A stretch of 64,000 nt of DNA, from the NCBI GenBank assembly GCA_026770705.1, contig JANJGN010000021.1:93868001-93932000 (forward strand), given 5' to 3'. Source of the DNA: Isurus oxyrinchus (Eukaryota). Of the stretch, positions 25,860 through 38,194 are shown one piece after another. Made by a program: the position numbers and the translations under genes. Under the pieces are notes generated by a model, which was given only the letters and a program-made list of their open reading frames with translations, searched no databases and was not told the origin of the DNA. The stretch's first letter is position 1. Each line of letters starts with the position of its first letter.

Positions 25860-27510
25860 ATTCTTTCATGAGATGGAAGTGTCACTAGCTGGGCCATCAT
25901 TTATTGCCCTTCCCGAATTGCCCTTGAGAAGGTGATGGTGAGCTGCCTTCTTGAACCGGTGCAGTCCTTGTGGTGTAGGTACACCCACAGTGCTGTTAGG
26001 GAGGGAGCTCCAGGATTTTGACCCAGCGACCGTGGAGGGGTGGTGATATATTTCCAAGTCCGGATGGTGAATGGCTTGAAAGGGAACTTCCCGGTGGTGG
26101 TGTTCCCATGTGTTTTCAGGTGGTAGAGGTCGCAGGATTGGAAGGTGCTTTTGACGGCTCCCAGGTGAGAACTGCAGTGCACCTCGTAAATGGCACCCCA
26201 TAGCCCCTGCGGACACTGCACACTGTTGGTGGAGGAAGTAAACGTTATGTAGGTGGGTAATTTGCCGATTATCCTGGATGATGTTGAGTTTCTTGAGTGG
26301 TCTTGTAGCCACACTCGTCATGCTCCTGACATGTGGCCTGTAAATGGTGGACAGGCTTTACAGAGCCAGGAGTTACTCATCGCAGAATTCCCACTATCTG
26401 ACCTGCTTTTGTAGCCATAATATTTGCATGGCTGGTCCAATTTAGTTTCTTATCACTGGCAGTCCCAGGGTGTTGATAATTGGAGATTCAGTGAAAGCAA
26501 TGCCACTGAATGTCAAAGGGAGACGATTAGATTCTTTCCTATTGGAGATGGTTAGTGCCTGGCACTTGTGTAGCACGAATGTTACTTGCCACTTCCCAAC
26601 CTAAGCCAGGAGGTTGTCCAGGTCTTGCTGCATATGGACATGACCTGCTTCAGTATCAGAGGAATTGCGAATGGTGCTGAACATAGTGCAATAACTAGTG
26701 AACTCCTCACTTGTGACCTTATGATGGATAGAAGATCACTGATGAAGCAGACAAAGATGTTTGAGCCTAGGACACCACCCTGAGGAACTCTGGCAGCAGG
26801 GGCTTAAAACGATTGGCCTTCAATGACTATAACTATCTTTCTTTGTGCTCGGTGTAACTCCAACCAATGGATGATCTCCCCCCTGGATTCCCATCAGCTT
26901 CATTTTTGTTAGGGGTCCTGAATGCTACAGTCAGTCAAATGCTGCCTTGATGCCTAGCTCATCTCTTGTGTTCAGCTTTTTTGTCAAGGTTTGACAAAGG
27001 CTCATCTGAGGTCAAGGGGCAAGTAGCCATGGCGGAACCCAAGCTGAGCATCAGTGAGCAGGCTACTGCTGTGTAAGTGCCACTTGATAGCACTCTGGAT
27101 GACCCCTTCCATCACTTTGCTGATGCTTAAGAGTAGGCTGATAGGGAGGTGCTTTAACAGATTAGATTTGTCCTGCTTTTTGCTTTAGATTCTAGATCTT
27201 TCTCTTTTATTCTAGACTCAGGTGTCTTTAGCCATTTCTTGACATCATGGGGAGTGAATCGAATTGGCTGAAGACTGGCATTTGTGACCCTGGGGACCAT
27301 GGGAAGAGGTTGAGATGAATCATCCAGTTGGCACTTTTTGCTGAAAAAGGTTACAAATACTCCAGCCTTGTCCTTCGCACTGGTGTGCTTGGGATTAAGG
27401 ATGGGGATACTTGTGGTGTCTCTTCCTCCGGTTGGCTGTTTAATTGATCACCACCATTGATGAGTGAATCCGGCAGGACTGAAGAGCTTAGATCTAATCC
27501 AGTCGTTCTG
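25860..27510 (-). mobile_element. Decayed CR1/L2-group LINE (family A), RT to 3' end
   Basis: Collinear with the 29809-32876 copy and shares its 3' tail. Confidence 0.85.
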
Positions 27511-27689
27511 CAATTGTCACAGGGCCCATTAAGGAACAAATCATCCCCCATCCCCACTGCTTCTTTCCAAAATCGGTTTAAGGATGAACCCAGCAAGCAC
27601 AGATCAATCAGCTCAACCTTAGTCATGGGGCAGCTTTAAGAATCAATAATGCAGGACAACATTTAAAGTGAGCTCCCTCAACATTTAAA

Positions 27690-28172
27690 GTGAGGTCATG
27701 AGCTCCCTCCCCCATCCCCACCCCCTTTCTGTTTCCCCCTTCCTTTTTTTTCCAATAAATTATAAAGATTTTCCTTTTCCCACCTATTTCCATTATAAAA
27801 AAAAACACCCCCACTAGAGCTATACCTTGAGTGCCCTACCATCCATTCTTAATTAGCACATTCGTTTAGATAATATCACCAACTTTAACTTTAACACCTA
27901 TGTGTTCTATTGTACCATTGTCGTTGACATCTTTTGATGATCTGCTTCTATCACTGCTTGTTTGTCCATACAACCACACCCCCCCCAACCTCTCTCTCTC
28001 TCTATCTCTCTGCCCCCCACACACACACCTTAAACCAGCTTATATTTCAACTCTTTCTTGAACTCGAACTCAAGTTCTGTCGAAGGGTCATGAGGACTCG
28101 AAACGTCAACTCTTTTCTTCTCCGCCGATGCTGCCAGACCTGCTGAGTTTTTCCAGGTAATTCTGTTTTTGA
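27690..28172 (+). mobile_element. Penelope-like element terminal fragment with a hammerhead-ribozyme-like motif (28073-28112)
   Basis: AGTT-CTGTCGA-AGGGTCATGAGGACTC-GAAA-CGTC-AACTC followed by GATGCTGCCAGACCTGCTGAG. The same tail ends the GIY-YIG-bearing remnant at 48370-50240. Confidence 0.7.
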
Positions 28173-28179
28173 TTTAAAG

Positions 28180-29535
28180 TGAATTGTCCATTTTGGCAGG
28201 AAGAATAAAAAAGAAGCTTATTTTCTAAATGGTGAGAGATTGCAGAGCTCTGAGATTCAGACCGATTTGGGTGCCCTAGTGTATGAATCACAAAAGGGTA
28301 GTATGCAGGTAATTGGGAAAGCCAATAGAATGTTATCATTTATTGTGAGGGGAATTGATTACAAAAAGTAGGGAGGTTATGCTTCAGTTGTACAGGACAT
28401 TGGTGAGGCCATATCTGGAGTACTGCTTACAATATTGGTCTCCTTATTTAAAGAAAGATGTAAATGTGTTAAAAGCAATCCAGAGAAGGTTTACTAGACC
28501 AATACCTGGAATGGGCAGGTTGTCTTATGAGGAAAGATTAGACAGGTTAGGCTTGTATCCACTGAAGTTTAGAAGAGTAAGAGGAGACTTGGTTGAAAGC
28601 TTTATGTTCCTGAGGGGTCTTGACAGGGTGGATGTGGAAAGGTTGTTTCCTCTTGTGGAAGAATCTCAAACTCATTTAATCACTGTTTAAAAATAAGGGG
28701 TCACCCATTTAAGGCAGAGATGAGAATTTTTTTTCTCTCAGGGGGTAGGCACTCTTTCTTATAAGGCAGTGGAAGCAGAGTCTTTGAATATTTTTAAGGG
28801 AGAGCTGGATAGATTCTTGATAAACAAGGGGGTGAAAGGTTATCGGGAATAGGCAGGAATGTGGGGTTGAGGTTACAATAAGATCAGCCATGATCTTATT
28901 GAATGGCGGAGGAGGCTTGAGGGGCTGAGTGGCCTACTCCTGCCCCTAATTCGTATGTTCATATGTATGTAGTTGGAAAATGTAGATTAATTGAGGGAAA
29001 CCAGCAACATTTTTTTTAAAGTACAAATTGTGCTTAACTAACTTGATTGAGTTTTTGGTTAGGTAAGAGCAAGGGTTGATGAGGGCAATGCAATTGATGT
29101 GTACATAGACTTCCAAAAGGTGTTTGATAAGGTGCCTGGTAACAGGCTTGTAACAAAGTTGAAGCCCATGGGATAAATGGGACAGTGGCAGAAGAAGTAA
29201 TAAAATGACAGTGACAGGAAATAGAATTCTGGCGAAGGGAAGCTTTTTAGACTGGAGAACGATACACAGTGTGGCTAATCGGAATTGGTGTTGTCATTGA
29301 TCCATGTTAATGACCTAGACTTGGATGTGCAAAAAACAACCTGAAAATCACCCAATGGCACTAAACTTGCAAGCATTTTGAAATTTGAGGAGAATAGTAA
29401 TCGACTTCAAAAGAATATAGAGAGGCTAATGGAATGGGTGGATGCATGGCAGATGAAGTTTGATGCAGAACGGTTTGAAATGATTCATTATGGTAGGAAG
29501 ATCAAGGATTGGTGTTATAAACTAAAGGGTACATT
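28180..29535 (+). mobile_element. CR1 LINE fragments (family B)
   Basis: ORF 28355-28690 (LYRTLVRPYLEYC..QRRFTR..LSYEERL..RGDL) and a CR1 3' UTR with a TATG tail. A second RT fragment from ~28975 resumes at ~33410. Confidence 0.85.
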
Positions 29536-32500
29536 GTCATAAAATCGGTGTCAAAGCCGGTTTTCTTCAAACAGAAATTCTTTAGTCGTGGTGGAATTTC
29601 TTAATTGGCTTTCCTGGCTGTGATATTATTTCTGAGAAATTAGAGTCTTTCTCAGTTGCAAAGCAATGGACATTAATTGGGGTAAGTCAACAGGTTGAAG
29701 ATCTAATTTCAGCCTGTGGACAGACACAGGTGGGGATAAAAAGTGAAAACACAAGAGAGAACAGGACTGGATAGAGGTGTAAATTAGTGTGTGAGCTAAC
29801 TGAAAGGATTTCTTTTAGCCATTCACGGGAGGTGGGCTTCGCTAGCTGGGCCAACATTTATTTCCCATCCCTAGTTGCCCTTGAGAAGGCAGTGGTGAGC
29901 TGCCTTCTTGAACTGCTGCAGTCCCTGTGGTGTAGACACACCCACAGTGCTGTTAGGGAGGGAGTTCCAGGATTTTGACCCAGCGACAGTGAAGGAATGG
30001 CGATATATCTCCAAGTCAAGATGGTGAGTGACTTGGAGGGGAACTTCCAGGTGATAGTGTTCCCATGTATTCTCTGCCCTTGTCCTTCTAGATGATAGTG
30101 GTCATGGGTTTGGAAGGTGCTGCCTAAGGAGCCTTGGTAAATTCCTGTGGTGCATCTTGTAGATGGTCCACACTGCTGCTACTGTGTGTCGGTGGTGGAG
30201 AGAGTGAATATTTGTGGATGTGGTTCCAATCAATCGGCTGCTTTGTCCTGAATGGTGTCAAGCTTCTTGAGTGTTGTGGCAGCTGTGCTCATTCAGACAA
30301 GTGGGAAGTATTTCATTACACTCCTGACTTGTGCCTTGTAGATGGTGAACAGGCTTTGGGGAGTCAAGAGATGAGATACATGCCACAGGATTCCTAGGCT
30401 CTGACCTGCTCTTGTAGCCACAGTATTTATATGGCTAGTCCAGTTCAGTTTCTAGTCAATGGTAACCCCTAGGATGATGATAATGTGGGATTCAGTGATG
30501 GTAATTCCATTGAATGTCAAGGGGAAATGGTTAGATTTTCTCTTGTTGGAGGTGGTCATTTCCTGGCACTTGTGTTGTGCAAATGTTATTTGCCATTTGT
30601 CAGCCCAAGACTGGATGTTGCCCAGGTCTTGCTGCATTTGGACATGGACTGCTTAAGTATCTGAAAAGTCACGAATGATGCTGAACTTTGTGCAATCATC
30701 AGCGAACATCCCCGCTTCTGACTTTATGATGGAAGGAAGGTCATTGATGAAGCAGCTGAAGATGGATGGGCTGAGGACACTACCCTGAGGAACTCCTGCA
30801 GTGATGTCCTGGAGCTGAGATGACTGATCTCCAACAACCACAAGTATCTTCCTTTGTGCTAGGTATGACTCCAACCAGCGGAGAGTTTTCCCCCTGATTC
30901 CTGTTGGCTCCAGTTTTGCTAGGGCTCTTTGATGCCACACTCTGTCAAATGCTGTCTTGATGTCAAGTGCAATCACTTTTGCCTCAGGTCGGGAGTTCAG
31001 CTCTTCTGTCCATATTTGAAGTAAGGCAGTAATGAGGTGTGGAGCTGAGTGGCCCTGGCGGAACCCAAACTGGGTGTCAGTGAGCAGGTTATTGCTAAGC
31101 AAATGCCACTTGATGGCACTGTTGATGACCCCTCCATCACTTTACTGATGATCGAGAGTAGACTAATGTGGTGGTAATTGGACGGGTTGGATTTGTCCTG
31201 CTCTTTGTGTACAGAAAATACCTGGGCAATTTTCCTCATAGCCTCATGCTGGGGGCCTCCAGAGGAGGCTGAGATGGATCATCCACTCGGCACTCCTAGC
31301 TGAAGATTGTAGAAAATGCTTCAGCCTTATCTCTTGCACTGATATGCTGGGGTCCCCCATTATTGAGAATGGGGATATTTATAGAGCCTCCACCTCCAGT
31401 GAGTTGTTTAATTGTCCACCACCGTTCACGACCGGATGTGGCAGGACTGCAGAGCTTAGATCTAATCAGTTGTTTGTGGATTGCTCAGCTCTGTCTATCA
31501 CTTGCTGCTTATGCTGTTAGGCAGGCAAGTAGTCCTGTGTTATAGCTTCACCAGGTTGACGCCTCATTTTTAAGTATGCCTGGTGCTGCTCCTGGCATGC
31601 CCCCCTGCACTCTTCATTGAACTAGGGTTGATCCTGTGGCTTGATGCTAATGGTAGAGTGGAGTATGTGCCAGGCCATGAGATCACAGATTGTGTTTGAG
31701 TACAATCCTGCTGCTGCTGTTGGCCCACAGCGCCTCATGGATGCCCAGTCTTGAGTTGCTAGGTCCCATTTAGCATAGTGGTGCTGCCACACAACACGTT
31801 GAAGGGCATCCTTAATGTGAAGGCAGGACTTCATCTCCACAATGACTGTGCAGTGGTCACTCCTTCCGATACTGTCATGACAGATGTATCTACAGCAGGC
31901 AAGTCGGTGAGGATGAGGTCAAGTATGTTTTTCCTTCACTACCTGCCGCAGACCCAGTCTAGCAGCTATGTAATTTAGGACTCGGCCAGCTCGGTCAGTG
32001 GTGGTGCTACTGAGCCACTCTTCGTGATGGACATTGATTGAATTCCCCCATCCAGATTACATTCTGCGCCCTTGCCACCCTCAGTGATTCCTCCAAGTGG
32101 TTTTCAACATGGAAGAGCACTGATTCATCAGCTGAGGGAGGGCGGTACATGGTAATCAGCAGGAGGTTTCCTTGTCCATGTTTGACCTGATGCCATGAGA
32201 CTTCATGGGATCGAGAGTCGATGTTGAGGACTTCCGGTCAACTCCCTCCTGAATACGACTGTGCCACCACCTCTGCTGGGCTTATCTTGTCGGTGGGACA
32301 GGACATACCCAGGGATGGTGATGGTGGTGACTGGGACATTATCTGTAAGATATGGTTATGTGAGTATGACTATGTCAGGCTGTTGCTTGACTAGTCTGTG
32401 AGACAGCTCTCCCAAATTTTTGGATGAGCCCCTGGATGTTAGTGAGGAGGACTTTGCAATGTCGATAGGGCTGAGTTTGCTCTTGTTGTTTCCGGGGCCT

Positions 32501-33410
32501 AGATTGATGCCAGGTGGTCCATCCAATTTCATTCCTTTATTGAGTCTTTGTAGTGGTTTGATACAACAGAGTGGCCAGGCGACTTAAGAGTCAACCACAT
32601 TGCTGTGCGTCTGGACTCACATGTAGGCCAGGCCAGGTAAGGAAGTCAGATTTCCTTCCCTAAAGGACATTAGTGAGCCAGATAGGTTTTTACAACAATT
32701 GACAATAGTTTCATGGTCAATATTAGACTTTTTAATTCCAGATTTTTATTGAATTCCAATTCCACCATCTGCCATGGGGGGATTCAAACCCGGGTCCCCA
32801 GAGCATTACTCTGGGCCTCTGGATTGCTTGTCCAGTGACAATGCTAGCAGTAATACCACTACATCATCGCCTCCCCAAACTATTGAGACCCTAAATCTGT
32901 GTGAACAGATCAGATATGCTGTGGAGCTGAGAGATTTCTACCGGAGCTGACCATAACATGGATCTGGGGCACGAGTGGTCCGATGAAGGGAGCTCTAGAA
33001 AGTCCACGACATCCGGACTGTTGTGACCTGAGAGTGAGAGATTCCACAGTCGTGTGCCTTGTTGGAGGTGCCCCTTTCGATGGATCTGAGGGAACAAAAC
33101 CATTGTTGGAGACTTTATGAGGATCAGACATGTCATGATGAAGAGTGGTAGAATTCTACAGGGTAACCTGGGAAGGACTTTGGGACTTGCACATTGCATC
33201 ACCTATGGACTAGGAGCGTTGCCCGAGAAATGCATAGCATTTACCCCTGTTGAATCAGCTATGTAAAGTGTATACTCAAGACAGTTTTACTGTTAATTTA
33301 TGATTAATGTGTATTGATTTTAGTTGGATTGTTCCAGCAAAAGTTTTAAACATTGCAATCTTGTAGTTGTTTGGAAAGTTTGGCTTATTCACATTACTGG
33401 TCTCCACAAG
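29536..33410. mobile_element. Probable solo LTR (29536-29808 + 32877-33410) split by a LINE insertion
   Basis: Non-coding segment starting TGTCA and ending ..TCCACA. It interrupts a CR1 copy. No clear TSD. Confidence 0.5.
29809..32876 (-). mobile_element. Near full-length CR1/L2-group LINE (family A) with a tRNA-derived 5' head, APE endonuclease and RT; decayed, with internal deletions
   Basis: RT ORF 30653-31102 (QFGFRQGHS..LDIKTAFDRVWH..GVPQGSVLSP..FADD). EN region ~32000-32450 matches ORF 52439. A-box TGATGTAGTGG (32866-56) and B-box GGTTTGAATCC (32790-80). Confidence 0.88.
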
Positions 33411-34260
33411 GGACACACGAAGAAGCCTAAAGAGGGTTCAATGGCAGAAGGGCCTGTGAGAACTTGGTGCACAAGTCAGTAAAGGTCGCAGGGTTGATAA
33501 AGTATAATGGATCCTGGGTTTTATAAACAGATATATAGAGTACAAAAGCAAGGATGTTTACAGAACACTGTTTCACCCTTAACTGGAGTATTGTTTCCAA
33601 TTCTGGGCAGTGCAATTTAGTAAAGATGTGAAGGCCTAAGAAAGGCTGTAGAAAAGATTAACGAGAATGGCCCCAGTACTGAGGGACTCCAGTTAGGTGC
33701 ATAGATTGGAGGAGCTGGAGCTGCTCTTCTTGAAGAAGAGAAGACCGAGAAGAGATTTAATAGAGGTGTTCAAAATCATGAGGGCCCTGGTCAAAGTCAA
33801 TGGCGAGAAACCATTCCCATTGGTGGAAGGTTCAACAACCAGGGGGTTCAACTTTAAGGTGATTGGAAAAAAACCAAAGACAACATGAAGGAAAAAAATA
33901 CATTTTCACAATGAATGATTTAGATCTGTAAAGCACCCTGTGATGGTCTGTTGGAGGTAAATCAATCATAGCATTTAAACAGGAGCTGGATAAGCAGCTG
34001 AGGAGGAGAAGCCGGCTAGGAGGAATAGGTGGGGGAATGAGGCCAGCTAAGTTGCTCTTTCAGGGTGACAGCATGAACATAATGGGCCAAATGGTCTCTG
34101 TCTGTGCTGTGACCATACTACAATTCTACTGAGAGAGTAATGGAGTGGACAAATTCTATGGTAAATGGAGTTTGATGTGGGAGTTGTGAGGTTATCCATT
34201 TTGGATCTAAGAAAGATAAATCAATACATTTTCTGTCGGGTTGGGAACTTGGAATTGGGG
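33410..34260 (+). mobile_element. CR1 LINE fragments
   Basis: ORF 33697 (RLEELELL..RRDLIEVFKIM..PFPL) plus 3' UTR. A second CR1 piece begins at ~34130. Confidence 0.75.
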
Positions 34261-34264
34261 AGAG

Positions 34265-35950
34265 AAATGGAGCAAATCGCAGACCTAAAAATATGTCAAC
34301 CGGTGAAGCTACAACATAGAACTGCATGCCAAACAACAGAAGCAGCATGTGCTAGACAGCGCTCAGCTTTCCGACAATCAATGGATCAGATCTATGCTCT
34401 GAAGTCCTGCCGCATCCAATTGTGCATGGTGGTGGACAATTAAAAAACTAAGAGGAGGAGGAGGCTCAACAAATATCACAACCCTCAATGATGGGGCAGC
34501 CCAGCATATCAGCCAAAAAGACAAGGCTGAAGCATTTGCAACCATCTTCAGCCAGAAGTGGATGATCCATCTCAGCCTCCTCCTGAGGTCCCCAGACTCA
34601 CAGATACTAGTCTTCAACCAATTCAATTCACTCCACGTGATATCAAGAAACGGCTGATGGCACTGGATATTGCACAGGCAATGACAATATTCCAGCAATA
34701 CTACTGAAGACTTGGGCTCCAGAATGAGCCAGGACCCTAGCCAAGCTGTTCCAATCCAACTACAACACTGGCATCTACCCGGCAATGTGGAAAATTGCCC
34801 AAGTATGCCGTGTCCATAAAAAGCAGGACAAATCCAGCCCGGCCAATTACTGCTGGTTGGAGTCATACCTAGCAGAAAAGAAGGTAGTAGTGGTTGTTGG
34901 AGGTCAATCACCTCAGTACCCAAGACATCACTGCAGGAGTTCCTCAGGGTAGTATCGTCAGCCCAACCATCGTCAGCTGCTTCATTAATGATCTTCCTTC
35001 TATTGTAAGGTGAGAAATGGGGATGTTCACTGATGATTGCACAGTGTTCAGCTTCACTCACAAATCCTTGCATACTGAAATAGCCCGTCCCCAAATGCAG
35101 CAAGACCTGGAACACATTCAGGCTTGGGCTGCTAAGTGGCAAGTCACATTCGTGCCACATAAGTGCCAGGCAATGACCACCCCCAAAAATAGATGATCGA
35201 ACCATCTCTCCTTGACATTTAATGACACTACCATCGCTGAATTTTCCACTGACAACATCGACCAGAAACTGAACCGGACCAGCCATATAAATACTGCGGC
35301 AACAACAGCAGGTCAGAGGCTGGGAATTCAGCCGATAGTAAATCACCTCCTGACTCCCCAAAGCCTACAAGGTCCACCATCTACAAGGTACAAGTCAGGA
35401 GTGTGATGGAATACTCCCCACTTGCCTGGATGAGTGCAGCTCCAACAGCACTCAAGAAGCTCAACACCATCCAGGATAAGTCAGCCCGCATGATTGGGAC
35501 CCCATCCATCACCTAAAACATTCACTTCCTCCACCACCGATATACAGTGGTAACAGTGTGTTCCATCTATAAGATGCACTGCAGCAACTCACCAAGGCTC
35601 CTTCGACAGCTCTAAACTCGCAACCTTGAACAGCTAGATGGACAAGAACAGCATCACCACACAAAGAACTAGCAGTGCCTCCTCTCTGCAATACCACCAG
35701 CTGCAAGCTCCCCTCCAAGCACACACCATCCTGACTTGGAAATATATCGCCGTTCCTTCACTGTCGCTGGGTCAAAATTCTGGAATTCTCTCCCTAACAG
35801 CACTGTGGGTGTACCTACACCACATGGACTGCAGCGGCTCAAGAAGGCAGCTCACCACCACCTTCTCAAGGGGCAATTAGGCATGGGCAATAAATGCTGG
35901 CCCAGCCAGTGACGTTCATACCTCATGAAAGAATAAATAATAATAAATTA
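34265..35950 (+). mobile_element. Decayed family-A LINE with internal deletion, intact 3' tail and (AATA)n
   Basis: GCAGGAGTTCCTCAGGGTAGT (VPQGS) motif; tail CAAGGGGCAATTAGGCATGGGCAATAAATGCTGGCC. Confidence 0.85.
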
Positions 35951-36163
35951 AATTAGTAAAAGCTTGTGGACGGGTACAATGAGGATTTGGAAATGTCAAT
36001 CCTTCTGTCGAGGACTGGAATACAAAGGGTTGAAAGTTATACTGTGTTTTGAATCCACTTGGTCAACCGCGTCTGGAGTAAAAGTGTTCAGTTTTAGACA
36101 GCACAGCTCAAGAAGGATAGACTTTGTAGGGTATGCAACACAGATTCAACAAAAGGATACCAG

Positions 36164-37048
36164 TGTTACAATTAAGAGATGTAGAAGACAGTCGATTTAA
36201 ACTGTCTGTTTAATTCAATGCAAAATGGGGTTGAGAATGGGGCATGCAACCCTTTCCAAATTCTGAATGACAACAAGCCTGGTTTGGTTGCTATGGGAAC
36301 AAGAGGGCCAAGTCCCAGGACTTGCTGAGCAAGGTGCGAAATTCCCACTCCTGGGACAAAGGGCACGGGCAGCTGTGCTAACAGGGAATAGAACTGCCAG
36401 CTCCAGGCCTTTCAGCAGCAAAGGAGAGAAATAAAGGAAAGGAACAGCAGATCGGAATGATCAGCAGAGAGGAGGCGCTGCTAGTTCTTTGTGTGCTACC
36501 AATGCCGGATCCGGCAGAGAGATGGTCTCTAGTGGAACTGAGGCATCCCATAGACATCTGAGGAATCCGAGATTTGCCTTGGAGAAATGGCGGCTGGGGG
36601 GGTGGGGGGTGGGGGGGGTGGTGGGGTGGTGGGGTGGTGGGGTGGGTGGGAATGAATCACTGGAGCAGGCTTTACTGTCGTTCATGGATTTGGAAAACTG
36701 CCTGAAAACTGAGGGAATCACCTGCAGACAGTCACTCAAAGTTACTACTTGGTAAAATGGGGAGATGCGAACCCATTGAAATCAGGGAGCAACTTTGGAC
36801 TGTTCGCTTCAAGGACAGTGTAAAGTATACCCATGGAATGTGACTACTGGTTTACAATTAAAGTGGGGAACCTTTTGTTTGTTTAGAGTATACAATGCCA
36901 CTATGATCTGTTTAGATCTTGGTGCTTTTAGTCATTTGTTACAGTAAACGTTTTAAAACCTGAAATCTTGTGGTGTTATCTTTTCAGCTATTAAGTGGAA
37001 GTCCAAAATTCTCTTTAAATGTTATTTGTCTCTATGGAGATCACAACC
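36164..37048 (+). mobile_element. Solo LTR inserted in a CR1 fragment
   Basis: TGTTACA..ATCACAAC with an imperfect 4-bp TSD (CCAG/CCGG). Flanks rejoin as GATACCAG/GAGCTAAAAGGGTTAA, matching the uninterrupted paralogous site at ~44323-44347. Confidence 0.7.
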
Positions 37049-37504
37049 CCGGAGCTAAAAGGGTTAAATAATAAGGACAAATTGTCTCGGCTATTCCTTG
37101 AGTTTACAAGCGTGATCTAATTGAAGTGTTTAAAATGTTGCAAGGTGTTGGGGGAAATCAAGAACAAGGGGACACAATCTTAAAGGGAAAGTTTAGCCAT
37201 TCGGGGTTGATCTCAGGAAGTACTTCTTTACACACAGGGCAATCAAAATTTGGAACTATTTCTCTCAAAAATCTGTGGATGCTGGGTTCAGTTGGAGATC
37301 AATAGCATTTCTGTAGTGAGAGGATATCCAGTGATATGGAGTAAAGTTAATGGGTTTGAGATACTGATCAGCCATGATCTAACTGAACAGTGAAGCAGTC
37401 TCTAATGTTGTTCCTGTATTCCTATATTTCCTTCTCTCTGACCCTCCTTCAGCCCCTTTCCTCTGCCCTTCAGTTCTGGCAAGTCTCTCCCTCTAGAGTC
37501 TACA

Positions 37505-37795
37505 GCACCAGTACCCAGACTGGCATTATCCCTCTCACACACAATTACTCACTGACCAAGGAATAAGGTCCCATACTCAGCCTGGGACTGCCCCTCTCAA
37601 ACCCCACTGGCTCAGGGTTATTTCCCCAGTACCCAGACTGGCATTGCCCCTCTCAGACACCATTACTCACTGACACAGGGTTAGTTCTCCAGTACCCAGC
37701 CTGTCATTTCCCCTCTCAGACCCCATTACTCACTGACCCAGGGTTAATTCCCCAGTACCCAGACTGGCATTGACCTGCTCTGACCCCATCATACA
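37505..37795. repeat. ~63-bp minisatellite (~4.5 copies) abutting the leader-exon donor
   Basis: CCAGTACCCAGACTGGCATT..CCATTACTCACTGAC units at ~37508, 37571, 37626, 37689 and 37752. Confidence 0.85.
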
Positions 37796-37796
37796 C

Positions 37797-37845
37797 CTGC
37801 AGACACCTCTCCACACAGAAGGACCAGCACTATCAGTCCAATCAT
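37797..37845 (-). CDS. MHC class I leader exon, proximal copy: MIGLIVLVLLCGEVSA(G)
   Basis: 49-bp coding exon (ATG ATT GGA CTG ATA GTG..TCT GCA G|gtgtat), phase 1, compatible with the alpha-1 acceptor. Closely resembles shark class I signal peptides. Confidence 0.9.
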
Positions 37846-38194
37846 TGTTGCTTCCCTCAAAGTACTGCGGGGGAGAAGTCTCTGGAACATCCTTTTCCAA
37901 GCGAGCATCCCTTTTCATTCTGTGAGATGAGACCTGTACTGAAACCGTGCTTTTGTGATCAGGTGCACCCTGTACATTGAACTGGCTTGTATATGAAAGC
38001 AGCAAAAGCTCCTCTTTGTTTAGATACCTCTATTTGGATTGGACACTAACATATACATATATCAAAACCATCAGAATTAAAACAGCCCGGGTGTCATTAG
38101 GCTCCTGCAGAAGACATCCAGGAGATTTGAGTTAGAATCAATAACGATCTTTTCCATTATTGAGAACTATCCTTGACTGGTGAATTTTCAGGTG

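Noticed and set aside
32770-32876. Possible tRNA genes (also ~40715-40804 and ~24325-24402)
   Set aside because: A and B boxes are heads of SINE/LINE copies, with no full cloverleaf evident.
34378-35361. 327-aa minus-strand ORF
   Set aside because: Antisense to a decayed LINE RT; no recognisable domain.
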